Shown one piece after another: positions 1-25,765 of a DNA stretch of 64,000 bases. The number at the start of each line of letters is the position of its first letter. Positions within the stretch are counted from its first letter, which is position 1. Origin of the DNA: Tubulanus polymorphus (taxonomy: Eukaryota > Animalia > Nemertea). Below the pieces are notes generated by a model, which saw only the letters and a program-made list of their open reading frames with translations, was not told where the DNA came from and did no database searches. The position numbers and the translations under genes are program-made. The DNA lies in assembly GCF_964204645.1 (NCBI RefSeq), contig NC_134026.1, positions 1,511,950-1,575,949 on the forward strand, given 5' to 3'.

Positions 1-971
1 TTCCGGCCGATTTAAACAGACTAAAATGAAATTCTGAAATTCGACCTCGTAAACGCGTGTATAGTTGTTTCATGATGTTAGATAGTTATTTGTATTCGTG
101 TGTGAGTGTGTAAAGCAATCGGTACTGGAAAATCATTCGCTGAAAAATTCAAATTGCATCTGCGTCACTCTGGACGAGGCGACATTCTCTTTCATGTAAT
201 GATTTCCGTTGGATAAGTGGAATCGTCGGATAGTTAAACATAACCGTATCGTAGAAATTGCATGATCATGACCTATCTTCAACTGTGAGTTTAATCAGAC
301 TACTGAATCGAAATTAGTTCATTTTCGAGTTGATTTTAACACTCAACTTAATGATGACTCCTTATGTTTCAGTTCGTCTCATATTCAGAGCACTTTGATA
401 TAAAATAAAACGGCGCAGTTGTCGATATCGCTATTAGAGTAAAAATAAATGTACATACAAATATAAAGCGTTTCTGTTCTATCTAGGTTCGTATCGTAGT
501 TTGACTATGAGCTTACACTCCGGAAGTACCCATTCGGCCATTCTAAACGACAGGTCCCGTCAGGTAACAGGTTGCTTCGACTGCGTGGTTTGGACGCTGT
601 AAAACAGTTCCTAGATAAATATGGTTGACGACGTTGGTTTTTTTAACGTATTAGAGAAACCGCAGCAAGAAATGATAGATTACAACATGTCCTGGTGGAA
701 ATTTGACCTGATCGGAAAGATGACCCGCTTAAGACCAAACTGATAAGTCTAATTCAGACAAAACGTTACGTTATTTTAGGTAGGTTTTAACATTTATCAA
801 AGTTATGTTGTCTTTAACTGGCTAGATAACAGAGCATTTCCATCGATCGATAAAAAAGAACACGGTAAGCAAGCGAAGATAAGCGATAAGACATCGGTCA
901 CGTGACTATGCTTATCACTAGCTCGCTCGAAGAACAAGGCGTCTTCACACGGATGAAGAGTCGGTTTAAAA

Positions 972-3774
972 ATGCCTTCCCCGAGTTCCTTGCGTGGAAA
1001 GTTGTTGTACATCGTGACTGATGTTGTTTGCTTCGTCATCGGTAAGTGTGGTTTGTGTCTATCTTGACCAGAGAAATAGATACCGTGAACAGAAGGCCGT
1101 GTTCACAGGGATGACTCTTCAAATAATTCATTCAGAAATGGACGGGAAAACATTTATGGCATATCATCTACAAACTTCACGAGAAAAAAAAGTGAAAGTG
1201 TATATTCGATTTTGTATCATCGTAGCAACATCGAAGACGATATAGCAATTCGTGTATTCTTGAAAATAACTGACATGGTACTTTCTCTATTTGAAGATAC
1301 CGACGCGTAATCTAGCCCGCTATATATCTCACCGGGGTTTATACATATAAGTTCGGATATATTTCAAATACATATGAAGTTTTTAATCTAGATGATATAA
1401 GACTCTTATCTCGGCGGCCAATATTCGATATCTTTCATACGACGACGTTACATGAATATGAAAAATATCTATCATTGTATATTGCTTTTTCAGCGGCGTT
1501 ACCGAATATTTTGATGAAAGAGTACATGCCACCTTATCATCGTGGGTTTTACTGCGATGACGAATCGTTGAAACACCCTTACAAAGGATCGACAGTTCCT
1601 TGGACCCTGTGTATTTGCGTTGGGGTTCTCTTACCCGCTGTAGTGGTAAGCTCAAGCTGATTTGTCGTCGAATTTCTGTTCATTGAGCTTAACAGAGCAT
1701 ATTCTAAGAGGTGAAAATACCTTATTGCCTACAAAAGAAATAGGTGGAAAATGTTTCAACTTTTCAAATTGATTCGTTATCTGTTAAGTTTATGGGTGAT
1801 AAAAACCTACTAGGGCGCCACCTGCTCGAAACGTTGTCGTTAAAACGCTTTTATTAACTGAAATATTATATTCAGTTTATTATATAGTCCTGTTGTCTAA
1901 TGCTGGCTATGCTCCAATTTTCTATGTTTGCCATTAAGCGATAAAAACTTGAATATTATACGGTATTATAATGACTATACATTTTCACGTTTATACGACG
2001 ATTTCTGAACAGGTATTCAAAGCGATTTGAACCACCGTCTTGATTTCAAGTTGCATAGTAGGATATAAACCCGCTCCCCGTTTGATAGTTCAGCTTTGCG
2101 CAGTGGCGGTACCATAGTCAATGAGGTTTATCCGAGGCGTGGTTATTGCTAGTTGAAAACTATACCCAATACCCCGCACTGGCGACCGCAAGGTCGACTG
2201 TGCAATTTTTCAAAGCCTCTACGGAGGCTGCAATTAATAAATCTAAGATCAAAATGAAAAGTGAACGATATCTGGTATACTAGATAGCAGTTTCGCTTGA
2301 CACTTGCATGTTCGAGTAAAATGATGAGCATTCTAGAGGTGTCCAATTCGGGAATCGGTCCTGAGAGTAATTACAAAATCTTTTGCCAACCGTTTTTGCA
2401 GATTTTCATCGTCGAGTTGTTTCACTACTTGGACGATCGTAAACGAAATCAGGGATCGTCAAAATATCAATTAGGATCGGTACCAGTAGCTAGTTTCCTG
2501 TGGAACTGGTACAAACATACCGGTGTGTTCGGCTTCGGTTTGGCTCTCAGTCAGACATTTAATGGCATCGGAAAGTACAGCATCGGTCGACTGAGGCCGC
2601 ATTTCTTGACGGTTTGCGACCCCGATTACAGCCAACTAAACTGCACAGGACTGAACAATATGCAACGCTACGTCATCGATGAGAACATATGTCGAGGCGA
2701 TGCGGCAGCGATTAAAGAAGCGAGGTAAATTGGTTTCACTGTGGAACTGAAATTAGATTTACCCCATCTGGACTTGATCTAATATGAAAAGGGTTACTCA
2801 CTTTAAACTGTTTGTAAAGTGAATGGATTAAGATTGAAAGTAATTATTTCACATTATAGGTTGTCTTTTCCGTCCGGACACGCGTCATTTTCTTGGTATT
2901 GTATGTTGTACCTTGCGGTGAGTTTGCGATGACAATTCGAGTTGTATATATAATATATATCATAATGGTCCAGAATTTTTTCCACAATTAAGACACGTTT
3001 TGAAATGATGTTTTAGATCTATCTACAATGTCGCATGACTTGGAACGGGTCAAAGTTGGCCAAACACCTTCTTCAAGGTGTAGTTATATTGCTGGCATAT
3101 TTCACTGCGTTATCTCGCATCTCTGACTACAAGCATCATCCGACTGACGTTCTTTCCGGCTCCGTACTCGGCATCTTATTCAGTCTCCTAACGGTAAGAG
3201 CGATGGTAATCTTATCCCTGTCGGCGCGCCTCAACAGTACCATCCATCACAATTCGCTGTTCTTTATACCCAAATTGTGAACAGACGTTTGGGAACCGTC
3301 CTTGTCTTCAAATGATAAGTTATGACACAAAATCGATACTTAAGACACACGCAAAAAGGTCCCCGAACCCTGCAGCCAAAATTAGGATTCAAGGATTTCT
3401 GTAGGATTTACTGATCCCTGTGGTCTATCAGAGAACATTATATGAATTGCATTCACTTTGTCATGTATCTCAATTGCTTTTATTACTCTCTCGTATACAA
3501 AATAGATATGTATATATTCATGGATGATTTTACATGCAAGGTTTGTATACATCATTCCAACAGCTACGGCTTTAACCCGTAAGATATATATATATATGTT
3601 AACTAGAGCCAAGACCTTCGTATGTTTAAATGCGTATTTCAGGCTTTTTGCGTGTCGGAATTATTCGATAAGAACGACCAAGCGTCTCGCGCCGATGATA
3701 CGGATATTCTCGTCGGAGGTATGGAAAACCCGCTACAGTCTGACGTACAAATTCAGCTATCGAACAAAGAATGA
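972..3774 (+). CDS. Phospholipid phosphatase (PLPP/LPP, wunen-like PAP2 family), 6 coding exons
   Basis: Exons ~972-1041, 1494-1646, 2402-2724, 2860-2917, 3017-3193 and 3643-3774 splice in frame via GT-AG. The protein has RGFYCDDESLKHPY and all three PAP2 catalytic motifs: KYSIGRLRP, SFPSGH and SRISDYKHHPTD. An alternative upstream first exon cannot be excluded. Confidence 0.92.
2028..2052 (+). promoter_or_regulatory. Candidate snRNA proximal sequence element (PSE) of U4
   Basis: AACCACCGTCTTGATTTCAAG lies about 62-42 nt upstream of the U4 start, the usual PSE position. It has a CACCGT core like vertebrate PSEs. The call rests on position and partial similarity. Confidence 0.5.
2092..2230 (+). 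ncRNA. RNU4: U4 spliceosomal snRNA nested in PLPP intron 2
   Basis: The sequence begins AGCTTTGCGCAGTGGC, the U4 5' end (U4/U6 stem II). It contains CAATGAGGTTTATCCGAGGC (K-turn 5' stem-loop), TGCTAGTTGAAAAC, CCCAATACCCCGC, an Sm-like AATTTTT, and a terminal AGCCTC-TACG-GAGGCT hairpin. It is collinear with metazoan U4 as I recall it. Confidence 0.95.
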
Positions 3775-4159
3775 TAAGTAAACAATGAAAGCTCTGCAAT
3801 ACTCAGTTTTCGTTTGATAATCAAATCGTTTTGTATTTATATATCTATATAAATATGTGTGTATGGAATCGTGATTTTAATCAATTACATAAAATCAAAG
3901 TTACTCTCTATCGTCGATTTTACTTGCTATCATTCGATCATTTTTATTTCAAAAAGTATTCAACAAATTAACCCCAGAACGACGATGGTTTATGCGGCAA
4001 AAATCTCCGCGATTTACAGCAGTTCATTCTCGGTCTAATCTTCAACGAAACCACGCGACGCGGCGGCGCATCCTATATATGAATATTTACACAGTTTATG
4101 CTTTCAACAAAATAATTCATCGTTCTTGGAAATTGAAATCCGCCGCCAGTGGTCAAACG

Positions 4160-5147
4160 CTACACACCAAAATCTCTCAATTCGACTGTATATCGGTTAT
4201 TACACTGAGCTCCGACATCAGTAGTTCGAACCTGGCATTGGCTGGAACATTCTACCGAACTTGTCTGTTCAGTTTGGCTTCCGATGTCTTCTCTCGTCTG
4301 CTGCGTAGTATATTCTGCACGATCAATCGCAAGCGAAGAATATGACGGTGGTAACGCCATAATTTTATCTTGAAAATGAAAATGCACAAGAATTCGTATT
4401 AGCTCGTTTCCACATGTTTTTTTGCAATAACATTGCTATTTGTCCTGAAATTTCCACGCGTACCTTCATTTGAAAACTCTTGTTCTGTGACCTCAGTTCG
4501 TGCGTGATTAATTTTTCTCCCGAGCCTGGAGGTAGATATACATGTACTTAAAAGATAGAAATGCATTTACAAATATGTTTGAGAAACTGGTTGAAAAAGG
4601 GGCAACTTACATTCCAGCAGTGGCGAGACCGATACCAACAACTACGAAAACTAATAACACGGGAATACCAACGATTACCGCATAACACTCTAGAATAATG
4701 AATTAGAATTTTAGAAATAATATTATAGTTTCAAAGAAAACAAACTGCAGATTAATATTGTCTATTGCAACATCTACGCCAATCATTACGTACTATCGTC
4801 ATATTTCGTCGTCTTATTTTGATTCAAAGCATTTTCTTTCTGCAATTCGCCAATGATGTACTTAAGTTTCAAGTAAACCTGCTTTTCTAGTTTGCCCTCT
4901 CTGGCGATTTTCTCGATGAATCTCATGAATAGCGCCAAGTTATCAGTAAGCCTACCTGAAGTAGTTTTATCGGGCAAAGCGCCTGATAAAAAGGAATAAG
5001 TGAAAAACTCAGAAACATTCCACAATTTTATAGTTTACTGTTTCCGTCGTACCAAAGTTCGGTCTTACCTTGCACTGATCTACCAGTCGTCTCTCCGATC
5101 ATGAATACGAACAGTATGATCGATGTGATAAGGCTAATTCTCATCAT
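4160..5147 (-). CDS. Unrecognised 205-aa type-I single-pass membrane protein (signal peptide, TM helix, cytoplasmic LPPSY)
   Basis: Exons 5147-5069, 4982-4794, 4689-4611, 4525-4464 and 4368-4160 join in frame (618 nt) with GT-AG sites. The signal-like N-terminus is MMRISLITSIILFVFMIGETTG, the TM segment is AVIVGIPVLLVFVVVGIGLATAGML followed by GRK, and the tail contains LPPSY and ends RDFGV. Confidence 0.75.
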
Positions 5148-7500
5148 TTTTTGGATATCTTCTCACTCTTGTCTTTACCGTCATAGAATGGGTGCATATC
5201 GGTATGTCGGATATTCTTATATAGTCTTTTTGTCGAATTTCTTTGTTCTAGTTCTTTGTCCCCCGAGTCTTGTGAAATGCGTATACTTAAATAGATTTCC
5301 CAACTTAAAATAGTACATGGTTCGTCACCGTGATTTTCCAGGTACTGAATACGTCAGGTCAAATACGCTCCAAGTAATTCCTCGGAATTTTTATGTCACT
5401 TTTACAAAGGAGACCAACATATTGTGATCCGCAAACTCAATTACCCATAGCTATAATCCAATCTTTATACTAAGTTTTTAAATCTTTATTCTTTAAGTAG
5501 GAATTCACCCTGTTATCTATTTGATTGGTAGATTTCGTTTGATTTGGTGTCCCTTACAAAGCTACCACACCTGCCGGATCGAAACAGGGGGTTTGATATT
5601 GAAATCGGAAATCGAAGTACAGATACAGTAGTGTGATCGGCGGTTGAATGATAAATCGAAGGACAAAATTGAGAAATTCGGTTCTGGTTCATTCAAACTA
5701 TTAGGAAGGAGCTATAAACCCACTTCCTCGAGACTATTTCTTTGTACATTCCTTTCGCAGCTTTACGGCCCTCATTTGTTCTGCTATTGCCCGAAATACA
5801 ACCGGAATGACGAAAACTTCGAAATGAATAAAAATGATAACGGGTTTTTTTTAGAAGTGTCTGGAAGCTTTATTACAATGTATTATTATGTATGATAAAA
5901 TGCAATTATATAAATGTACACAGGTTTTGTCTGAAGAAATCACAGTGTTTGTATGTGTTTTAACTACGCCACTGACAGCTACAAATATTACAAAATATCT
6001 ACAGTTCATTCAAGTTATCAAAATATTCGGTTTTTCTATAAATCCAAAAAATCAGCCGTTAATATGAAATGTGTCGTCGGTTTTTTTTTTCGAATCGACA
6101 AATAAATGAGTTTCAGCGATTATTTTTAACAACGCAATTTTTTACACTGGATTGAGAAATTTTGCGGTGATAAATATTCATTATTTTTCAATCGTGAGAG
6201 AAAAACTAACGAGAAAAATCTTCTAACGTGGACAAATACGTTTACGACAAAAACCATCGAATTCATGAGATTTTCTAGACTTACAACACGTTCATTTATG
6301 ATAGAAAGTCAGTTCCTGAGACTTTGCATATACACACAGAAGACTAACTGTTTGTTAATTACAGCGGACAATTACAAACATGAGGCCTACAAAATACCAC
6401 TGTAAACCAGAATAAAACATCTAAAAATCATTCAAGCTACAAATATAATATTTATGTGCATTCGCTCAGCATCCGAGCTGCCACAATACATGAATTATAT
6501 AAGTGGGAAAAATTAGAAACAGTTACTTGGATATATTTTAAGACGGGATCTATCTGAAAAGGAAAGTTTTCAGGGTTTAAAAGAAAGTTGATCAGATCGA
6601 GATATTCGGGTATTCGTATGGCAGGACCGAATGTCTGATTAATATCTAAACACAATCTATAGGCCTACCTATCACACATTAAACTCTATTAAACAATCTC
6701 ACCGAAATCCACGCTAACTTAGAAAGAAAAATAATAATTGGTTTTCTTCTTCTATAAGAAGTCGACTCAAACAAATTCTCTTTATCTAATATATTATAAT
6801 ACTGAGAACACTGCTAAACATTATATACTTAACTAAAAACATCTTTTAGGCGAGATGATTTTTCTTTTTCTGAATATATCAATCAATAAACTCAGTGAAC
6901 GTGCATAGAATAGGTAAATTTTTTAAGTAGTAGAAGCCTAACATTGATCATAATGGCACCGAATATTAGACACAACTTGAACTATAATAGATTCTGCTGT
7001 TATCCCGTTTAGATTGAACAGTGAAAAGTAGGAATTTTCAGCATATTTTGACTCAAAACACAGAGTAGAAAATTTCACCACCATTTGACCACTTCACGGT
7101 GAGTGGAATCTTCGGTATTTTGTATTTTCATTACATTCTCTTCATTATTTTTCCTATCGTTAAAACATTCAAACAGTATTCACACAAAAATTGTAAACGG
7201 GTAGAATTTTGACAACAGATTTTTGACAACAAAATATCAGACCAGTCGATTTTCTGTAGCAGCCTACAATGGATTCCAAGGTAGGCGAGGCACATTAACA
7301 TCGCACCGGATTTCCTCAGTGTAATCGTATACATGTAACCAGTACACGTAACATCTACATCAATAGCTGAATACAACTAAATAATTTATAATCAATAGGC
7401 ACATTCCAAACATTCATTAATTATCATAATAATACTTAGTTTTACTTTATATATAAATTTATATATTTACATTTTACAGTTATATGTCTTAATATAATAT

Positions 7501-7519
7501 GTCAGTCAGTCAGTCAGTC
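7501..7519. repeat. (GTCA)n microsatellite in the ROCK 3' region
   Basis: The sequence reads gtcagtcagtcagtcagtc. Confidence 0.8.
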
Positions 7520-8113
7520 CGGCATGTGGTACGACACAGCTAAGCTAAAAAGGCTGCTGGATTTTCGGCAATATGTGATATAGTTCATATATATCCACAG
7601 GGTATTCAAGCCGGCATGCGAAACATTTTAGAATCTACAATTTGAAAGGAAATTACAAGCGCCACAATCATTCGAGCATTATTCTCAGGAAAGTGGTTCA
7701 CAATTTGGCCTCGGATTTAAATTTTGACATAAAAATCACGCTTAACTTGCATCAAATATTGAACCCTAAAAATATAGCTAGAGAGAGGAGAGAAAAGATG
7801 CGTATGTTATAATAGAGCAGAAAGCACGTGTGACCAGCAGCCCAGGCATTGTTGACAAAAAGAGCACCAGTTTACCATCATACAGCAAATCAGTAATCAA
7901 TCACATCAATCGACAAATTTCTCATCTATAAACAGCAGTAGAAACTGCCCTCGAGAAAATCAGCACGAGCTTCGAAAAATAAGATTGTGAGTAGATGATG
8001 CGATTGTATTACAATAAACAGTGATTTTCACAACGAATGATGATTGTGTGAATATTTTTCTGTGTTGATTATAAGAAATAAAGCGAATGTTTTTGGCATT
8101 ATGATTTCCAGCA

Positions 8114-21779
<13,666 letters not shown>

Positions 21780-22839
21780 TTTTATTCTTCACGGCGAAAT
21801 TCTAGTCGACTGATTAAATCGTTATTAAACCCAGAAGGCGGTTAATATTATAACTGTTGAGATCTTATGATTCCTGAAATTCTGCCTTTACGACATTTCC
21901 TGCAGTTAGTCACAGCTGACATTTAAATAATGCCTATGCTCACTATTAGGTTGTATCTTATAAAATCCAATTAATAATTTAAAGAATCCATCAACAAATG
22001 ACTAAATATCCAATTAGAATTCAAACTAAAAGGCGTCCAGTTGATGAGGTCAATATTAAGCCACTAGAGTTGAACTCGAAGGCAGCAAACATTAATGACA
22101 CCTAGAAATGTAATAGAATAAAAAACAATCAATTATGAAAGCTTATAAACAAAATGCGCAATATTTGATAATTAAAGCTTTAATGAAGCATAAAAATGTG
22201 ATGACGATGATCTAAATATTCAAGGTCATGTGAATAAATCTTTTATCTAATTGGGACACTATTACTCAACGTAGTATGACAGAAAGTATTGCTGCCTGGG
22301 TCTGCTGGGATGATTCATGATTCTATTACACAATATTAGATTTTTTCATAAATTCAATAACAGTTCAACCATGGGACAGGACTAGACTATTGGGTAGTGT
22401 AGGACACCAGGGGGCATAACATATCCACGTGCAGCTGTCAGTCTATACAGACTAGTTTAAATGAACAGATTCAATACATGGGTCAAGATAAAGCTGGTTT
22501 ACGTACTAACTGACAGATCAAAATCATTTCAAATCATAAATCAGATTTGAGAATATAATGACACTATATTGACTGATTCTTCTTTGTTAATAGTGGATTT
22601 GTTTTACTATCAGAACATCTAACGTTATCTTACACACAAGAAACTGACACAACTGAGACAACTCCCTACATTAACAGACCGACATTTTTTAAATTTTTTT
22701 CTGGGCCGCGAGAGATCGATGAAAGAAATCTGAAATATGGCACCCATCAAAATAGTTTCAAAAACTTACGAACTTTTAAGCGCATACACATTTATTTCAA
22801 CGAAGTCATTGCTTTATCATTAGACTGGTGAATAAACGA

Positions 22840-23260
22840 TTACACTTACCCGGCCATTAACAAATCATATACCATGCCATACGCGAGAACTTATGCAAAA
22901 TTCCTCCTAATTTACAGCGACGGCCAGCGGAAAGGAGCGGACGCCATTAATCCAATAATGGCTGATTGATTAGTGGTAGGTTCGAATCCCACATATATTC
23001 AGAAAAAAAAGTACGCTGATAAATTGTATTCAATTTACATTTTTCATACTATTCTGACATACACATCTTGTGACATGTCGCTTATTTCTATATTTGTATA
23101 GTTATTATTGCCGAATTAACAAATTGTCTAAATAATCAATTCAATTCAATATACTTCCCTGGCAATCAAGTTCCAGGCGGCGCTTTGGTCGATTATTGTG
23201 GAGCCGCCGTGAAAAAAAATAAATTTTTTGTTCTTGTTTTGTAGCTATTTTACGCTGTTA
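22840..23260. promoter_or_regulatory. Probable bidirectional promoter for ROCK (-) and MRPL13 (+)
   Basis: The genes are divergent. A minus-strand donor (gtaagt) at ~22848 closes a non-coding ROCK exon. There is a YY1-like ATGGCG on the minus strand at ~22943, a CCAAT at ~22952, and GC-rich patches at 22920 and 23176. Confidence 0.55.
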
Positions 23261-25454
23261 TGAGTCACTGGAGAGTTGTTGTAAGTCAGTTTTATTGTAA
23301 TTTTGAACCATTTTCAAATACTTAACTTTCCTTTCTATAAAGTATCTTTGATTCACTCGAGTCGAGACGCAGAACTGTCGGAGAACTCCTAACCCATGTC
23401 CCTGCACGGTAATCTTGGTGTCAAAAAACAAAATGGCGGCTCTTTCAACCGATGATAATAAGGGTTTAGAGGGTGGCATTCTCTGTTTCTGCAGTGCAAT
23501 ACGTTCCTGTTGATTAGCAAACTTACCGCTTACATCACTAACATTTTGTTTGCATGGCAACTGTGACTGATCAGTGAAGTATGTTATGAGATAAGCTGAT
23601 ATGTATGAAAAGGATCAGTAAGGTTAAGGCCATAGTGAATAATGTTTGGTTTGGTTCTAGTTGGCATCTGGCCTGATTTGACTCTAGTGGTTAAAGTGCT
23701 GCATGGTTTGAGTTCGAATCCCAATTCTTGTGGTTTTTTACTATTTTAGATAAAGTGCATGCACATTGTGGCGCTTGGATCTGGTGGAGCTCTTTCCATC
23801 TCGTACCCGGTCGACTCATACCTGTTTTCACAATCAATCAATATGAAATTTGTTTTTCATTTTTTGTTAATAATCACTGTTTCATTACAGCAATGGTCGA
23901 CATTTGCTCGGACATGGTGGTTATTCGATGCTGCCCATCAATGTCCTATTAAATCTAGTCCTCTTTTAGTTCGTTACTTGGTTGGAAAACACAAGCCTAT
24001 ATATCATCCATTCAGTAAGTAGTCAACAAAATAACACTTCCATTGATAGTGGATGACCATTATTGAACCGCTTAATCGAACATAGTTCTACTGGTCAGGA
24101 TTTTTTTCTGTCTCAGCACCTCGTTTGTCGTGGCATCTTAATTTTTCTGAAGGTTTTTCTCAAGATGCTGTCTATGTTTTCAGGCGATGTTGGAGATCAT
24201 ATCGTCGTCATAAATAGTCGACATGTCGCGATGCAAGATGAAAAATGGAGAACTCATCAGTATTACCACGACACTGGGTAATTTATTTTCAAGTTTGTCG
24301 ATTACACCATTATTCATGCATTGACATGCGAATGCATTTTCTATAACATGAAGTCATGATTGAAGTGGTAATGTTATTGTTGTAGATATCCTAGTGGCAA
24401 AACATACACTCGAGCTTGGAAAATTCATGAAGCTGACCCAACAAAAGTGAGCTTATCACTATTTACAATAGATTGCTTTTCAAATCACATAGGGCCTAAT
24501 TGCTGAAATTTTTCTATTGCCCTATAAGTCAAGTAGAAATGCTGCCAAGCTCAGATGCTTAATTGATCGGATAGTTAGAATTGATTGTTTCTGTTTATTA
24601 AAGGTGCTCTATAAAGAAATCTACGTGCGTATGCCTAAAGTCAATGAGAGGAAGACAATGATGAAACGCCTGCATATATTTCCTGAATCTGTAAGTTTTT
24701 TAAACCTCAAATACCAGTTAGTTCAAATTTCATACTTAATTGAAATTTATCTATCATAAGTTGAAAGAGTTGTCATCAAAGGATTCCTTCACGAAATAAA
24801 CTAGGATTTAATGTGTCCTGACTCGATCTACGCTGTCAGACTTGATATTTTGTGGTCTGTGTCGATCATTCTTGAATATCAATGCAATCATCTTTCATCA
24901 CACTTTCAGGATATACCTGATGACATTAGAGCAAATATAACCGATCAAATTAGACAAATAATGCCGGTACCAAAACGACTCGATGAATATTCACCGGAAG
25001 AAAGAAAAACCTTCCCCAAACTCTTTGACTGGTTAGTATCACCACAAGCTGTTCATTCAATCAGAGAGGCGTTTTGTATGTTGATAAATTATGAATGGTA
25101 TCCATTTGCTAGATGAAAAAAAATTAGAAAATTTCCCTAAGGATATTTAACATACAGTGCATGTATTGCCTCACATCTCACGGGATAATACTTATCAAGA
25201 TGACATTGTTAGTATACATTTCATTGTTGGTTTCTGTTTTCAATTGCTGCTAATGAATGATTACATGTAGTTCAGTTATCAAATAACTTAAGCCATGATA
25301 TCTACCATATAACACACTGAACTTGTATAAAATGGAGAAACAGGTTTGAATATGAAATCTAAACTTTCTAGTCGTGATGTTTTGCAGGGATAAGGATCAC
25401 GTCATTTATGAAGGCACAAGACGACTAAAGGAAGATGATGAAACATATGTATAA
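23260..25454 (+). CDS. MRPL13: Mitochondrial ribosomal protein L13 (uL13m), 7 exons
   Basis: The spliced protein reads MSHWRVV|QWSTFARTWWLFDA...GKHKPIYHPFS|DVGDHIVVINSRH...YYHDTG|YPSG...|RLHIFPE|...QIRQIMPVPKRLDEYSPEERKTFPKLFDW. Exons are ~23260-23280, 23891-24014, 24184-24277, 24386-24446, 24604-24690, 24910-25031 and 25388-25454. Confidence 0.93.
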
Positions 25455-25617
25455 TAGATTATGTTGTATATTATGGAATTCTTGTTTTGTAAATACAGTC
25501 AGTGCTGTTTGTGTAAAATAGTGAGAAATAATAACTATTTGTAAAGAAGTAAAGATCATATTTTTAGTTGTTGAATCCGGATTTCTCATCGATGTTCAAA
25601 TTTCGAGGAACTACAGT

Positions 25618-25765
25618 CAGTGGGACGTTGTGATAACTTCGGATATTATTACCATTACAAACCTACAATTCAATCCGAAATACATGTAGGACAATTCTAA
25701 TGATTTCATAATGGATCTAACGCCTATAAGTTCCCCTTTGAAGTTCATTGTAACGAGTTCCAATG
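25618..25765. mobile_element. Degenerate pogo/Tigger-like MITE
   Basis: The termini CAGTGGGACGTTGTGATAAC ... TTGTAACGAGTTCCAATG(TA) resemble the CAGTGGAAC family. Confidence 0.4.

Noticed and set aside
508-743. Short ORFs or exon candidates upstream of PLPP
   Set aside because: I found no in-phase link to PLPP exon 2 and no recognisable product.
1813-1828. CTCF-like motif GGCGCCACCTGCTCG in a PLPP intron
   Set aside because: It is a single imperfect match with no independent support.
5860-8113. miRNA seed matches in the ROCK 3' region (miR-2/K-box at ~5939, miR-8 at 6797)
   Set aside because: AT-rich 7-8mers are expected by chance in 2 kb and cannot be supported without conservation data.
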